From: Planctomycetota bacterium
GTDB lineage: Bacteria; Planctomycetota; B15-G4; JADJEK01
Direction of reading: 5' to 3'
Assembly (NCBI GenBank): GCA_044225365.1
Contig: JBGAIQ010000027.1
Coordinates: 1 to 64,000, forward strand
DNA length: 64,000 nucleotides
A program made the translations under genes and the position numbers. Every line of letters starts with the position of its first letter. Position 1 is the stretch's first letter. This document shows, piece by piece, positions 37,287 through 46,752 of the stretch. The notes beneath the pieces are model-generated. The model worked only from the letters and a program-made list of their open reading frames with translations, was not told the DNA's origin and did no database searches.

Positions 37287-39818
37287 TCAACCGTCGCTGA
37301 ACGCAACTCGCACGATCTTCGTATCGCGAACACCGACCACGACCTTCCCCTCCTGCTTCGGTCGCCACGCGATCTTCTTCCCTCCGCTCGTACGCGTCGT
37401 CGTTTCGACGGTCCAGGAGTACTCACCTGGCGCTACTTCGAAGTAGGCGAGCGTCGGATCGTCGGTCGACGAATTGGGACTATGATCGGAAAACGTCTGC
37501 ATATGGCCCGCGGCATCGCGGATCACGAAGACGTAGTCGACGCCTTCGGGCGCGAATCCATTGAAGTGGAGGTAAGAAGTCGGCGCAACGACGACGTCGA
37601 CGTGCACAGCCTCTTCGTTCGCAACGTTCACGTCGACGCGTCCCATCTCCCCGTAGTGGCCCTCCTGGCCGCTGACTCGAAGCGTGTAGAAACCTGCGGG
37701 GACCTCCTGCAGGGTGAACGATCCATCTGGAGCGGAGAGAGTGGTGGCGAGGTAGCTACCTCCCGCGTCGAGCATCTTCGACCATGCTCCATCCCTCGGC
37801 ATCGCGAATGCCCACGTCATCGTGATCTTGAAGCCGTTCGCATCCGGCACGCCGAGGATCCGGCCGTCGATCGCGCCGTGGCCGCCGATCGGGAGCCGCG
37901 CTTTCACGTTCGCCGCGGCGCTCGGTACGAGCACTTCCATCGATCCATGTTCCTTGCTCGCGATCGCCGCGACGCGGTATCGCCCGGGCTGGAGACCGTC
38001 GAAGAACACGTGCGAGCCTTCGACTCGTGGGGCTGCGCCGTATTCGAAGTCGTTCGTCCGATCGAGGAACTCCGCGGTGCCGGCGTCGACCGCGATCGGC
38101 TCTGCATTCTTCCCGTGCACGACTTCGAGATCGATCGTCGCGCCACTTTCGACGCGTTCGAGAACGGCGACGTAGTCCCTCGTTCCGCCCTCCACCAACC
38201 CGCGGAACGCAACGTAGTAATAGGGCAGAACGGGCGAGCCCTGATTCCGGTACTTCGAGACGTAGATCGTCCAGGCCCCTTCACCGCCGGGCTCGAACTC
38301 GAAGCGGCCGTTCGAGTCGGAGAGAATGCTCGGAGGGAGCGGCGCATCCGGAGTAAGACAAAGACGAACCCGAGCGCCCTCGACCGGCGTTCCCATGGAA
38401 TCGACGACAGTCCCCGCAATCGGCGCCACTTTCCATAGGGTGAAGTCGAGCGTGATGTCCGCACCCTTCGTCGTCAGGTCATAGTTCCATCGAAAGTCGA
38501 CGTAGCCCTCTTTCTTCACGATGGGGTACCACCAGCGGGATCTTCCGAGGGAGGCGACATCGAGACGATATTGCCCGTTCGCGTCGCTGGTGACGGGCGG
38601 CAACTCGGATCTCGTGCTCTGGATGATGGCTCCCGCGATCGCTCTTCCCCCGCGATCCCGTACGACGCCGTGAATCGAGATTCCCGCCGACGGCTTCAAC
38701 ACCGCCTTCACTCGCTTCTCGCGCACGTCCTTCTCGAACATCACGTCGACCGCCGTCGATTCGTATCCCTTCGCCGACACGTCGACGGCGAAACGATATG
38801 CGCGAGAGAGAGGAGGCAGGCGGTCGAACTCGATGCGTCCCTTCTCGTCGCCCTTCGCGGACAGGACATCGCGCTCGACCTCGAGCGGATAGTGATTCGC
38901 GAGTCGTGCATTCGCGAGCGAGCCTTGGATCCGCGCGGGAGTCACGTGCGCGAATGCGTCGAGAATCGAATGATCGGCCTGATCCCTCACGTCGATCGAG
39001 AGCGTCGCTCGGTCGAGCGAGAGATCGAGATCGAAATCGTCTTCGTTCGAGATCGTCTCGTGGGCGCCGCCTTCCTTGGTGATCACGAGGATGTCGATTC
39101 GCGGCATCGAACTCGTCGTCGCCTTGTCCTCGACGAGGCCGATCTCGAAGACGCCGTCGTCGCCCGTCGCGTCCTCGAAGCGATCGTACGAAGTCATCGC
39201 TTCGCCGATTCCATTGGCGCCCGCGACGAAGACCGTCGCGTGTGAGATGGCCCTCGCGCCGCGTGCGTCCCTCACGCGGCCACGCAACTGGGTGCCGCGC
39301 GTCAACTCGACCTCGTGCGATCCGGCGCCACGAATTCGTTCTCGAAGTCCTTCTGAACGTTCGATGTGCCAGACGTGTCGTGGCGCATGAATGAGGAGAA
39401 GCGCGGCAGACCCGCGCATCCATGACGCGAATCGATCGATGGCGGATGAATCGACGGTGTTGGCTCCGACGTGGAGCGTTGCTCTTCCAGCGTCGTCGGC
39501 GATGCCGACCCATGCCTCCGTCTTGCCCGCGGGCCCGGCCTCGAGGTAGCACACTTCGGCGAGTGCGAGCGGAGCTCGCGTTCCGGCATCGAGGATCGCG
39601 AAGCGAACGATGTCGTTGGTCCGCGTTTCCTCGGTACGCACCACTTTCGACGATTCGATCTCCGGTGTGCGCGTTTCGCTCGACTTCGATGCAGAAGGCG
39701 CGGGCGAGGCGACGACGTCCGAAATCGTGTCGGGCTTCGTGATCTCCAACAAGAGCGCGAGAAGAACGACGATTCCGAGCAGAAGGAGCGCCAGGACGGT
39801 GAAGCGTCGTCGAACCAT
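37287..39818 (-). CDS. Membrane-anchored carboxypeptidase-regulatory-like (beta-sandwich) repeat protein, paralog 2
   Basis: N-terminal TM; repeated I.G.V.D..G.P..GA.....D..G.F units. Confidence 0.8.
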   Translation of the reverse strand: MVRRRFTVLALLLLGIVVLLALLLEITKPDTISDVVASPAPSASKSSETRTPEIESSKVVRTEETRTNDIVRFAILDAGTRAPLALAEVCYLEAGPAGKTEAWVGIADDAGRATLHVGANTVDSSAIDRFASWMRGSAALLLIHAPRHVWHIERSEGLRERIRGAGSHEVELTRGTQLRGRVRDARGARAISHATVFVAGANGIGEAMTSYDRFEDATGDDGVFEIGLVEDKATTSSMPRIDILVITKEGGAHETISNEDDFDLDLSLDRATLSIDVRDQADHSILDAFAHVTPARIQGSLANARLANHYPLEVERDVLSAKGDEKGRIEFDRLPPLSRAYRFAVDVSAKGYESTAVDVMFEKDVREKRVKAVLKPSAGISIHGVVRDRGGRAIAGAIIQSTRSELPPVTSDANGQYRLDVASLGRSRWWYPIVKKEGYVDFRWNYDLTTKGADITLDFTLWKVAPIAGTVVDSMGTPVEGARVRLCLTPDAPLPPSILSDSNGRFEFEPGGEGAWTIYVSKYRNQGSPVLPYYYVAFRGLVEGGTRDYVAVLERVESGATIDLEVVHGKNAEPIAVDAGTAEFLDRTNDFEYGAAPRVEGSHVFFDGLQPGRYRVAAIASKEHGSMEVLVPSAAANVKARLPIGGHGAIDGRILGVPDANGFKITMTWAFAMPRDGAWSKMLDAGGSYLATTLSAPDGSFTLQEVPAGFYTLRVSGQEGHYGEMGRVDVNVANEEAVHVDVVVAPTSYLHFNGFAPEGVDYVFVIRDAAGHMQTFSDHSPNSSTDDPTLAYFEVAPGEYSWTVETTTRTSGGKKIAWRPKQEGKVVVGVRDTKIVRVAFSDG

Positions 39819-39838
39819 CTTCGTCGATTCTCTCCGCT

Positions 39839-42409
39839 CTATTTCTCGGGGAACTCGAGCGCGATCGCCTTGCGTTCGCCCGCGGCGAGGGTGAACGATC
39901 CTTCGAGTCGGGGACGCCACGTGACGCTCTGGCCGCCGCTCACCTTCGTCGTTGCGTCGACGGACCAAGTGTACTCGCCGGGAGCGAGTTGAAAACCGGG
40001 ATTGAAGCGTCGTTGGACCGTGTCGTAGGTGCCGATCGTCGTGACGTTCTGCGTCGAGCCGTCGCGCCCGCGAACGACCAAGGCGAAGCGTACGCCCTCG
40101 GGGACATTCGCGCTCGTAAACGCGACGTATGCGGGTTTCGCCGCGACGACCTCGACGTGCGACGCGGCGTTGCGGCGGACGCTGACGTCGGTGATCGCCG
40201 ACAGGCCGCGCTGATCGTCGAGTCCCATGGCCCACACGCGATACGCGCCTTCGCAGACGTCGTTCAGGACGAACGAACCGTCGTCCCGCGAGAGCGTCTC
40301 TCCGAGGATGCCGATGGTGCCCGGCACGGCGAGGCGCTTCCACGGTCCATCGTTCGGTATCGAGGTGCCCGCGCCCGCCATCAGCCAGATCTTCCATTTT
40401 GCGCGGGGCCCGCCGCCGAGTACTCGCCCTTCGATCGAACCGAGTCCGCCGATCGAGAGCGTGGCCTTCACGTTCGCGGCCCCATTCGGGACGTCGACGT
40501 CGATTGCGCCGAACTCCTTGCCGGCGATCACCGCGACCTTGTATCGACCGGCGGGCACGCCCGCGCATCGCACGTGCGAGCCGTCGATCTTCGCGCTCGT
40601 TCCGTAGCTGCTCTCTCCCGATACCAACTCGCGGATCGGCGTGGCAAACGCGCCGTCGACGGCGACCGGTTCGTCGTTCTTGCCGTGAACGACCTCGACA
40701 TCGATCGACGCGCCGCATTCGATGCGCTCGAGCACGACGACGTAGTCCGAGGTGCCGCCCTCGACGAGGCCGCGGAATGGGGCGTAGAAGTAATTCGGGG
40801 AGGAATCGCCCACGGCGTCGAAATCCATCGCGAAGATCGTCCACGTCCCTTCGCCACCGGGTTCGAATGCGAAGCGGCCCGCTGCGTCCGATTTCACGCT
40901 ATCCGGGATCGGTGCGTCTTCCGTGAGATGCAGTTCGACCTGAACCTTGGGAACGGGCGCGCCGGTAGTGTCGACGACGGTTCCGTGAATCGGAGCGATC
41001 TTCCAGAGCGTGAGATCCTGCGCGACGTCGTTGCCCTTCTTGGAGAGATCGAACTCGCGCTTCGATTCGACGTATCCCTCCTTCGTGATGACGGGCGACC
41101 ACGAGCGGTCGTTCAGAGCGCCGCCCTCGATTCGATAGGCGCCGGACGCGTCGGTCGTGACGCGCGGCAGGTTCGAATGCCGGCTCTCGATCACCGCACC
41201 CTCGAGGGGCTGGCCTCTGCGATCGCGTACGAACCCATGGATCGTGATTCCGCTCGGCGGCTTCATCACGGCCTTCAACGTCAATGTCGGCGTCTTGCTC
41301 TGCTCTTCGGCCTCGAACCTGGCATCGAGCGTCGTCATTTCGTAGCCGTCGGCGGCCACGGTGACGGAGTAGCGACGTGCACGCGTCAGGGCGGGGAGCG
41401 ATTCGAACTCGATGCGGCCTGCTTTGCCGGCCTTTCGGAACAGGAAATCGCGCTCGATCTCGAACGGGATGCGTCCCTTGGTCACCGCGTCGGAGAGTTC
41501 GCCGTAGCCGCGCGCGGGCGTGGCCTTCGCCGTCGCGCCGAGGATCGGATGGGCGCCTTCATCGACCACGTCGATGAAGAGCTGCATTCGTTCGATCGTG
41601 AGCGAGGCGTCGAGGACTTCCGCATACGGAACCGTCGTGTGCGCGACACCGGATTTCGTGAACGCATAGACCTCGAACTCGGCGTCTTGCGTGAGGCTGG
41701 CTGCCTTGCCCTCGACGAGCGCGACTTCGAACACGCCGTCGGCCGCCGTCGCATTCGGGAACGAGTCGTAGTCGGTGTACACGTCGCCGACGCCGTTCCC
41801 GCCGCCGACGAAGATCGTCGCGCCTTCGACGGGCGCCGAGTCCATGGAGTCCTTCACGATGCCGCGAAGTTCGAGACCGGGCGAGAGCTCGATGACGCGC
41901 GTCGTCGCCTCCGTTGGAGTGTTCGATTCTGCGAACGGGCTCGCGCGCTCGACGAACCATGCGTGCCTCGCCGCTCGCACGAGCAGAACGGATTTGCCGC
42001 TGCGCAGCCACGGCTCGAAGCGTTTCGCGGCGCCCGCGTCGCTCTGCTCGGAGTGGATCGTCAGGTCGGCGCGTCCGGAACGGTCCGTCGTGGCGAACGC
42101 GGCCGTGAGTTCTCCCGCGCCCGTCCGTTCGAGGAACGCGATCTCAGCGAGTTCGAGCGGGTTCGACGTCTTGGCGTCCTTCACCGTGAAGTGAACGAGC
42201 AGCGGCTGCGGGCGCAAAACTGCCGGTTCGCGCTGAACCGTCGGCGCTTCGACGCTCCGTGCATCGCTCGACTCTTTCTTTGTTCCCGAAGACTCCGCTG
42301 CGGGCTCTTGCGGATTCTCGTTCGAAGTCGAGAATCGAACGCCGTAGTAGAGCGCGAGGAAGAGCACGAGCGGCCCCACGATGCGCGCGCCTCTTGCCAA
42401 TTTCGACAT
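39839..42409 (-). CDS. Membrane-anchored carboxypeptidase-regulatory-like repeat protein, paralog 1
   Basis: Same architecture; shares FRGLVEGGT.DY, LTLWK.API.GTVVD, PGEY.W.V with neighbour. Confidence 0.8.
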   Translation of the reverse strand: MSKLARGARIVGPLVLFLALYYGVRFSTSNENPQEPAAESSGTKKESSDARSVEAPTVQREPAVLRPQPLLVHFTVKDAKTSNPLELAEIAFLERTGAGELTAAFATTDRSGRADLTIHSEQSDAGAAKRFEPWLRSGKSVLLVRAARHAWFVERASPFAESNTPTEATTRVIELSPGLELRGIVKDSMDSAPVEGATIFVGGGNGVGDVYTDYDSFPNATAADGVFEVALVEGKAASLTQDAEFEVYAFTKSGVAHTTVPYAEVLDASLTIERMQLFIDVVDEGAHPILGATAKATPARGYGELSDAVTKGRIPFEIERDFLFRKAGKAGRIEFESLPALTRARRYSVTVAADGYEMTTLDARFEAEEQSKTPTLTLKAVMKPPSGITIHGFVRDRRGQPLEGAVIESRHSNLPRVTTDASGAYRIEGGALNDRSWSPVITKEGYVESKREFDLSKKGNDVAQDLTLWKIAPIHGTVVDTTGAPVPKVQVELHLTEDAPIPDSVKSDAAGRFAFEPGGEGTWTIFAMDFDAVGDSSPNYFYAPFRGLVEGGTSDYVVVLERIECGASIDVEVVHGKNDEPVAVDGAFATPIRELVSGESSYGTSAKIDGSHVRCAGVPAGRYKVAVIAGKEFGAIDVDVPNGAANVKATLSIGGLGSIEGRVLGGGPRAKWKIWLMAGAGTSIPNDGPWKRLAVPGTIGILGETLSRDDGSFVLNDVCEGAYRVWAMGLDDQRGLSAITDVSVRRNAASHVEVVAAKPAYVAFTSANVPEGVRFALVVRGRDGSTQNVTTIGTYDTVQRRFNPGFQLAPGEYTWSVDATTKVSGGQSVTWRPRLEGSFTLAAGERKAIALEFPEK

Positions 42410-42441
42410 CGTCTCTCCCCTAACGTCGAAGGAGGATCTCG

Positions 42442-42882
42442 ATGGACGAAGACATCCTATGGATTCGGCCCGAACCGGCCACCGATCGATACGTACTGGT
42501 GCGCGACTTCCGCGTCGTGACGTCGATCCACACGGTCTGGGTCCCCGAGGGTTTTCCGTACGACGGCGCGAGCATTCCCGCCGCGGTCTGGACGATCGCC
42601 TACACGCCATTCAGTCCGATCGTGATGGCGGCCGCGGCCGCGCACGACTGGCTCTACCACACGCATGCGGTCGAGCGCGGCGATGCTGACAGGATCCTGC
42701 GTGAGATCCTGCTGCGCGATGGCGTCTCGTCCGAGCTCGCGAGGAGCATGTATCTCGCGGTGCGCCTCGTCGGCGGCAATTACTGGGACAACAACGACGA
42801 GGACCTCGCGCTGCTGAATGCTCTGTGGGCGCGTCACAAGGATCGACCCGACGTCGCGAAGTTCGAGTTCCCGCCGCTCTGA
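42442..42882 (+). CDS. DUF1353 family protein
   Basis: VPEGFPYDGASIP, AHDWLY, ADRIL, MYLAVRL; GGAGG RBS. Confidence 0.8.
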   Translation: MDEDILWIRPEPATDRYVLVRDFRVVTSIHTVWVPEGFPYDGASIPAAVWTIAYTPFSPIVMAAAAAHDWLYHTHAVERGDADRILREILLRDGVSSELARSMYLAVRLVGGNYWDNNDEDLALLNALWARHKDRPDVAKFEFPPL

Positions 42883-42961
42883 TCGCGGTCGGCGGTCGTT
42901 GACCCGCGCTCCGCCGCGGCGTCGTTTCGTGCGCGGCGGCATCCTGGTATCCTCCGGCCCC

Positions 42962-43948
42962 ATGAACCCACGCGCCACCGTCACCGCCGTTCTCGCCGTC
43001 CTGTCCGTCGCCACGCTCGCGTTCTCGCGTCCCGTCGTGGACGTCAAGCTGGACAAGAAGGTCATCGCGGTGATCCCGAAGGGCACCTCCCACGAGTTCT
43101 GGAAGTCGATCCACGCCGGCGCGAACAAGGCCGGCAAGGACCTCGGCGCGGACATCCTGTGGAAGGGGCCGAGCGGCGAGGGCAATCGCGACGATCAGAT
43201 CAAGGTCGTCGAGGATTGCGTGAGTCGTGGCGTCGCGGGGATCGTGATTGCGCCGCTCGACGACAAGGCCTTGAAGACCCCGCTCGAAGAAGCGAAGCGC
43301 GAGGGCATCCCGGTCGTGGTGATCGACAGCGATGTTCAGTGGGACGGTCGGGTCAGCTACATCGCGACCGACAATCTGAAGGGCGGCAAGCTCGGCGCGA
43401 AGCGGCTCGGCGATGTCCTTTCGGGCAAGGGCAAGGTCTTGATGATGCGCTACGCCGAGGGCTCGGCGAGCACGACGTTGCGCGAGAAGGGATTCCTCGA
43501 GGAGATGAAGGCGAGTTTCCCCGACATCACGATCGTGTCCGACAATCAATTCGGTGGCGCGACGCTCGAGAGCAGTCAGCGAACGGCCGAGAACCTGCTC
43601 GGGCGATTCTCGGAGCTCGACGGCATCTTCTGCCCGAATGAATCGACGACGATGGGCATGCTGCTCGCCCTGCGCAGCGCGGGCCGCGCGGGCAAGGTGA
43701 AGTTCGTCGGCTTCGACGCGAGCCAGAAGTTGATCGACGCGATGAAGGCGAAGGAGATCGAAGGCCTCGTGATCCAGAACCCGTTCGCGATGGGGGAGAT
43801 CGGCGTCAAGACGATCCTCGATCACATCGCGGGGAAGTCGGTCGAGAAGATCATCGACACCGGAGTCGTCGTCGCGACGCCGCAGAACATGGACGACAAG
43901 GGCGTGAAGGAGCTGCTCGCTCCGGATCTGTCGATCTGGCTGAAGTGA
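42962..43948 (+). CDS. Sugar ABC transporter substrate-binding protein (RbsB-like)
   Basis: IPKGTSHEFW, VIDSD, ATDN, VGFD, QNPFAMG. Confidence 0.9.
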   Translation: MNPRATVTAVLAVLSVATLAFSRPVVDVKLDKKVIAVIPKGTSHEFWKSIHAGANKAGKDLGADILWKGPSGEGNRDDQIKVVEDCVSRGVAGIVIAPLDDKALKTPLEEAKREGIPVVVIDSDVQWDGRVSYIATDNLKGGKLGAKRLGDVLSGKGKVLMMRYAEGSASTTLREKGFLEEMKASFPDITIVSDNQFGGATLESSQRTAENLLGRFSELDGIFCPNESTTMGMLLALRSAGRAGKVKFVGFDASQKLIDAMKAKEIEGLVIQNPFAMGEIGVKTILDHIAGKSVEKIIDTGVVVATPQNMDDKGVKELLAPDLSIWLK

Positions 43949-45447
43949 TGGCGTCGCATCCGCTGCTGCGGATGACGGGGGTCGAGAAGGCGTTCGGGTC
44001 GACTCGGGCGCTGCGCGGCGTGGCGTTGCGAGTGGGCGAGGGCGGCGTCGCGGAGGTCCACGCGCTCATCGGCGAGAACGGCGCGGGCAAGAGCACGCTG
44101 ATGAAGATCCTCTCGGGCGCGATCGAGCCGGATTCCGGCGAGATCGAATTCGGAGGAGCGCCCTATCGCGTGACGGGTCCGCAGGACGCACGCGCTCGCG
44201 GCGTGGCGATGATCTACCAGGAGCTGTCGATCGCTCCGCACCTCACCGTCGAGCAGAACATCATGCTCGGGCGCGAGCCATCTCGCCTCGGATTCGTCGA
44301 TACCAAGGCGCTGCGACCGCGCGTCCTCCGAGCCCTCGAATTCCTCGAGCATCCGGATCTCCATCCCACGCGCCGGCTCATCGAATTGCCGCCCGGCGCG
44401 CGCCAGCTCGTCGAGATCGCGCGCGCGCTCGCGTTCGAATCGAAGCTCATCGTGATGGACGAGCCGACGAGTTCGCTCGGGAGCAAGGACGTGGAGCGGC
44501 TGTTCCACGTCATTGCCCGCTTGAAAGAACGTGGCGTGAGCGTGATCTACATCAGCCACTTCCTCGAGGAAGTGCGCCGCGTGGCCACGCGCTTCACGGT
44601 GCTGCGCGACGGCGAGACGGCGGCGACGGGCGCGCTTTCCGACGTTTCGGATCGCGACTTGATCGCCCACATGGTCGGGCGGAACGTCGACGAGTTGTTC
44701 GCGCATTCGCAGCGGACGAGCGGTGAGGTCGTGCTCGAGCTGCGGGAGATCTGGGGAAAGAAGCTGCCGCGGGGCGCTTCGCTCTCGCTGCGGCGAGGCG
44801 AAGTACTCGGCATCGCGGGTCTCGTCGGCGCGGGGCGCACCGAGTCGCTGCGGGCGTTGTTCGGACTCGACGCGGTGGTTCGAGGCGAGGTCGTGGTGAA
44901 GGGATCCGTCGATCGGGGTGGCTCTCCGAATCGGCGATTGCGACAAGGCGTGGGCCTTCTGTCGGAGGATCGCAAGGAAGAGGGTCTCGCGGTCCGCTTG
45001 TCGATTGCGACGAATCTCACGCTCTCACGCTTGGAGCCGATCGCGACGGCGGGGTTCGTCGATCCCTTGAAGAAGCGCGCGGCTGCGGAGCGGCGCGCGG
45101 GCGAGCTGCGCATCAAGTGCGCGAGCGTCGATGCTCCGGTTTCGTCGCTCTCGGGCGGAAACCAACAGAAGGTGGCGCTCGCGCGATTGCTGCATCACGA
45201 CTGCGACGTGCTGTTGCTCGACGAACCGACGCGCGGTGTCGATGTCGGCAGCAAAGCGGAGATCTACCGGCTGATCGCGGACCTCGCGGGAAATGGAAAG
45301 GCCGTGCTCTTCGTCAGCAGTTATCTTCCGGAGCTGATGGGCAACTGCGATCGGATCGCGGTGATGCGCCGCGGCGAGGTGCTCGCCGTGAAGGCGACGC
45401 GAGAATGGACCGAGCACGAGATCCTGGAGGTCGCAACGCGCGCATGA
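43948..45447 (+). CDS. Sugar ABC transporter ATP-binding protein (RbsA-like)
   Basis: GENGAGKST, MDEPT, LSGGNQQKV, DEPTRGVDVG. Confidence 0.93.
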   Translation: MASHPLLRMTGVEKAFGSTRALRGVALRVGEGGVAEVHALIGENGAGKSTLMKILSGAIEPDSGEIEFGGAPYRVTGPQDARARGVAMIYQELSIAPHLTVEQNIMLGREPSRLGFVDTKALRPRVLRALEFLEHPDLHPTRRLIELPPGARQLVEIARALAFESKLIVMDEPTSSLGSKDVERLFHVIARLKERGVSVIYISHFLEEVRRVATRFTVLRDGETAATGALSDVSDRDLIAHMVGRNVDELFAHSQRTSGEVVLELREIWGKKLPRGASLSLRRGEVLGIAGLVGAGRTESLRALFGLDAVVRGEVVVKGSVDRGGSPNRRLRQGVGLLSEDRKEEGLAVRLSIATNLTLSRLEPIATAGFVDPLKKRAAAERRAGELRIKCASVDAPVSSLSGGNQQKVALARLLHHDCDVLLLDEPTRGVDVGSKAEIYRLIADLAGNGKAVLFVSSYLPELMGNCDRIAVMRRGEVLAVKATREWTEHEILEVATRA

Positions 45448-45479
45448 TTCGAGCCGTTGAGACGCATCGACGCCTCCCC

Positions 45480-45720
45480 GGACCGCCACGCTCCAGCGTG
45501 GCTGTTTTGAATTCATGCCGGGCAGAGCCCGGCGGTCCGGGCGGAGGGATTTCTGGACCGCCACGCTCCAGCGTGGCTCCTGATCCATCATGCCGGGCAG
45601 AGCCCGGCGGTCCGGGCGGAGGGATTCCCGGACCGCCCCGCTCCAGCGTGGCTCCTGATCCATCATGCCGGGCAGAGCCCGGCGGTCCGGCATGCCGGGC
45701 AGAGCCCGGCGGTCCGGGGG
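45480..45720. repeat. BIME-like array: three 75-bp units, each with two inverted REP-like palindromes
   Basis: GGACCGCC(A/C)CGCTCCAGCGTGGC at 45480, 45555, 45630, each followed by GCCGGGCAGAGCCCGGCGGTCC. Confidence 0.9.
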
Positions 45721-45754
45721 GGATTCAAGGAACCCGTCATTCGAGTCCGTCGTT

Positions 45755-46714
45755 ATGAACCGCGGTGACAGGAAGCGCGTGCTCGATCTCGTTGGCCCGT
45801 TCATCGGGCTTCTGCTCGTTGTGGGCCTTTTCGCCTTCCTCGAGCCGAAGGCCTTCCTGTCGGCCTACAACGGCAAGACGGTCGCGACGCAGACCGTGAT
45901 CGTCGGGCTCGGCGCGATCGGCATGACGTTTGTCATCGTCAGCGGCGGGATCGATCTCTCGATCGGATCCGTCCTCTGCCTCTCGTCGGTCGTCACGGCG
46001 CTCTGCTTGAAGCACGAAGTTGCGCCATGGCTCGCGATCCTCGCCGGCATCTTCACGGGGATCGTCTGCGGATTCATCAACGGCATGCTCATCGCGCGGC
46101 TGAAGATCGTGCCGTTCATCGTCACGCTCGGCATGCTCGGGATCGCGCGCGGCTTTGCGAAGTATCTCGCCGAGGAGCAGAAGATCGATGCGCCGTCCGA
46201 ATGGCTGCCGCGCCTCATGGCGAAGACGCCGGATCCGTCGTGGCTCGTCGTCGCTCCCGGTGCCTGGATCCTCCTGCTGCTCGCGATCGGAATGGGATTC
46301 GTCCTGCGCCGCAGCGTCTTTGGCGTCCACGCCTTCGCGATCGGCAGTAACGAAGCCACGGCGCGTCTCTGCGGCATCCGCGTGGAGCGCGCGAAGGTCT
46401 GGCTCTACACGTTGAACGGCGCATTCGCCGGCCTCGCCGGCGTGCTGCAGTTCGCTCGCCTCACGGTCGGCGATCCGACGACCGCGATCGGCAAGGAACT
46501 CGACATCATCGCTGCCGTCGTGATCGGAGGCGGAAGCCTCGCGGGCGGCGAGGGCACGATCCTCGGATCGATGATCGGCGCGTTCCTGATGTCGGCGCTC
46601 GCGAACGGGTGCAATCTCGTCGGCGTCCAGAACTACGTCCAGGAGATCCTGATCGGCGTCATCATCGTGGCCGCGGTCGCGCTCGATCGCTGGCGTCGTT
46701 CCCGTGTCGTTTGA
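45755..46714 (+). CDS. Sugar ABC transporter permease (RbsC-like)
   Basis: GGIDLSIG, PFIVTLG, AIGSNE, ELDIIAAVVIGG. Confidence 0.92.
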   Translation: MNRGDRKRVLDLVGPFIGLLLVVGLFAFLEPKAFLSAYNGKTVATQTVIVGLGAIGMTFVIVSGGIDLSIGSVLCLSSVVTALCLKHEVAPWLAILAGIFTGIVCGFINGMLIARLKIVPFIVTLGMLGIARGFAKYLAEEQKIDAPSEWLPRLMAKTPDPSWLVVAPGAWILLLLAIGMGFVLRRSVFGVHAFAIGSNEATARLCGIRVERAKVWLYTLNGAFAGLAGVLQFARLTVGDPTTAIGKELDIIAAVVIGGGSLAGGEGTILGSMIGAFLMSALANGCNLVGVQNYVQEILIGVIIVAAVALDRWRRSRVV

Positions 46715-46752
46715 GGGCGCGCGCCCGAGCTTCGAGTCGCTAATCTGAGGCG

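Noticed and set aside
37287-40844. 1185-aa single ORF
   Set aside because: N-terminal Arg-rich part overlaps the upstream paralog out of frame; true start at 39818 gives a TM anchor
45480-45720. CRISPR array (also considered for 12.5 kb and 57 kb repeats)
   Set aside because: Intervening sequences are near-identical rather than unique spacers, units are inverted pairs or 18-mers, and there are no cas genes
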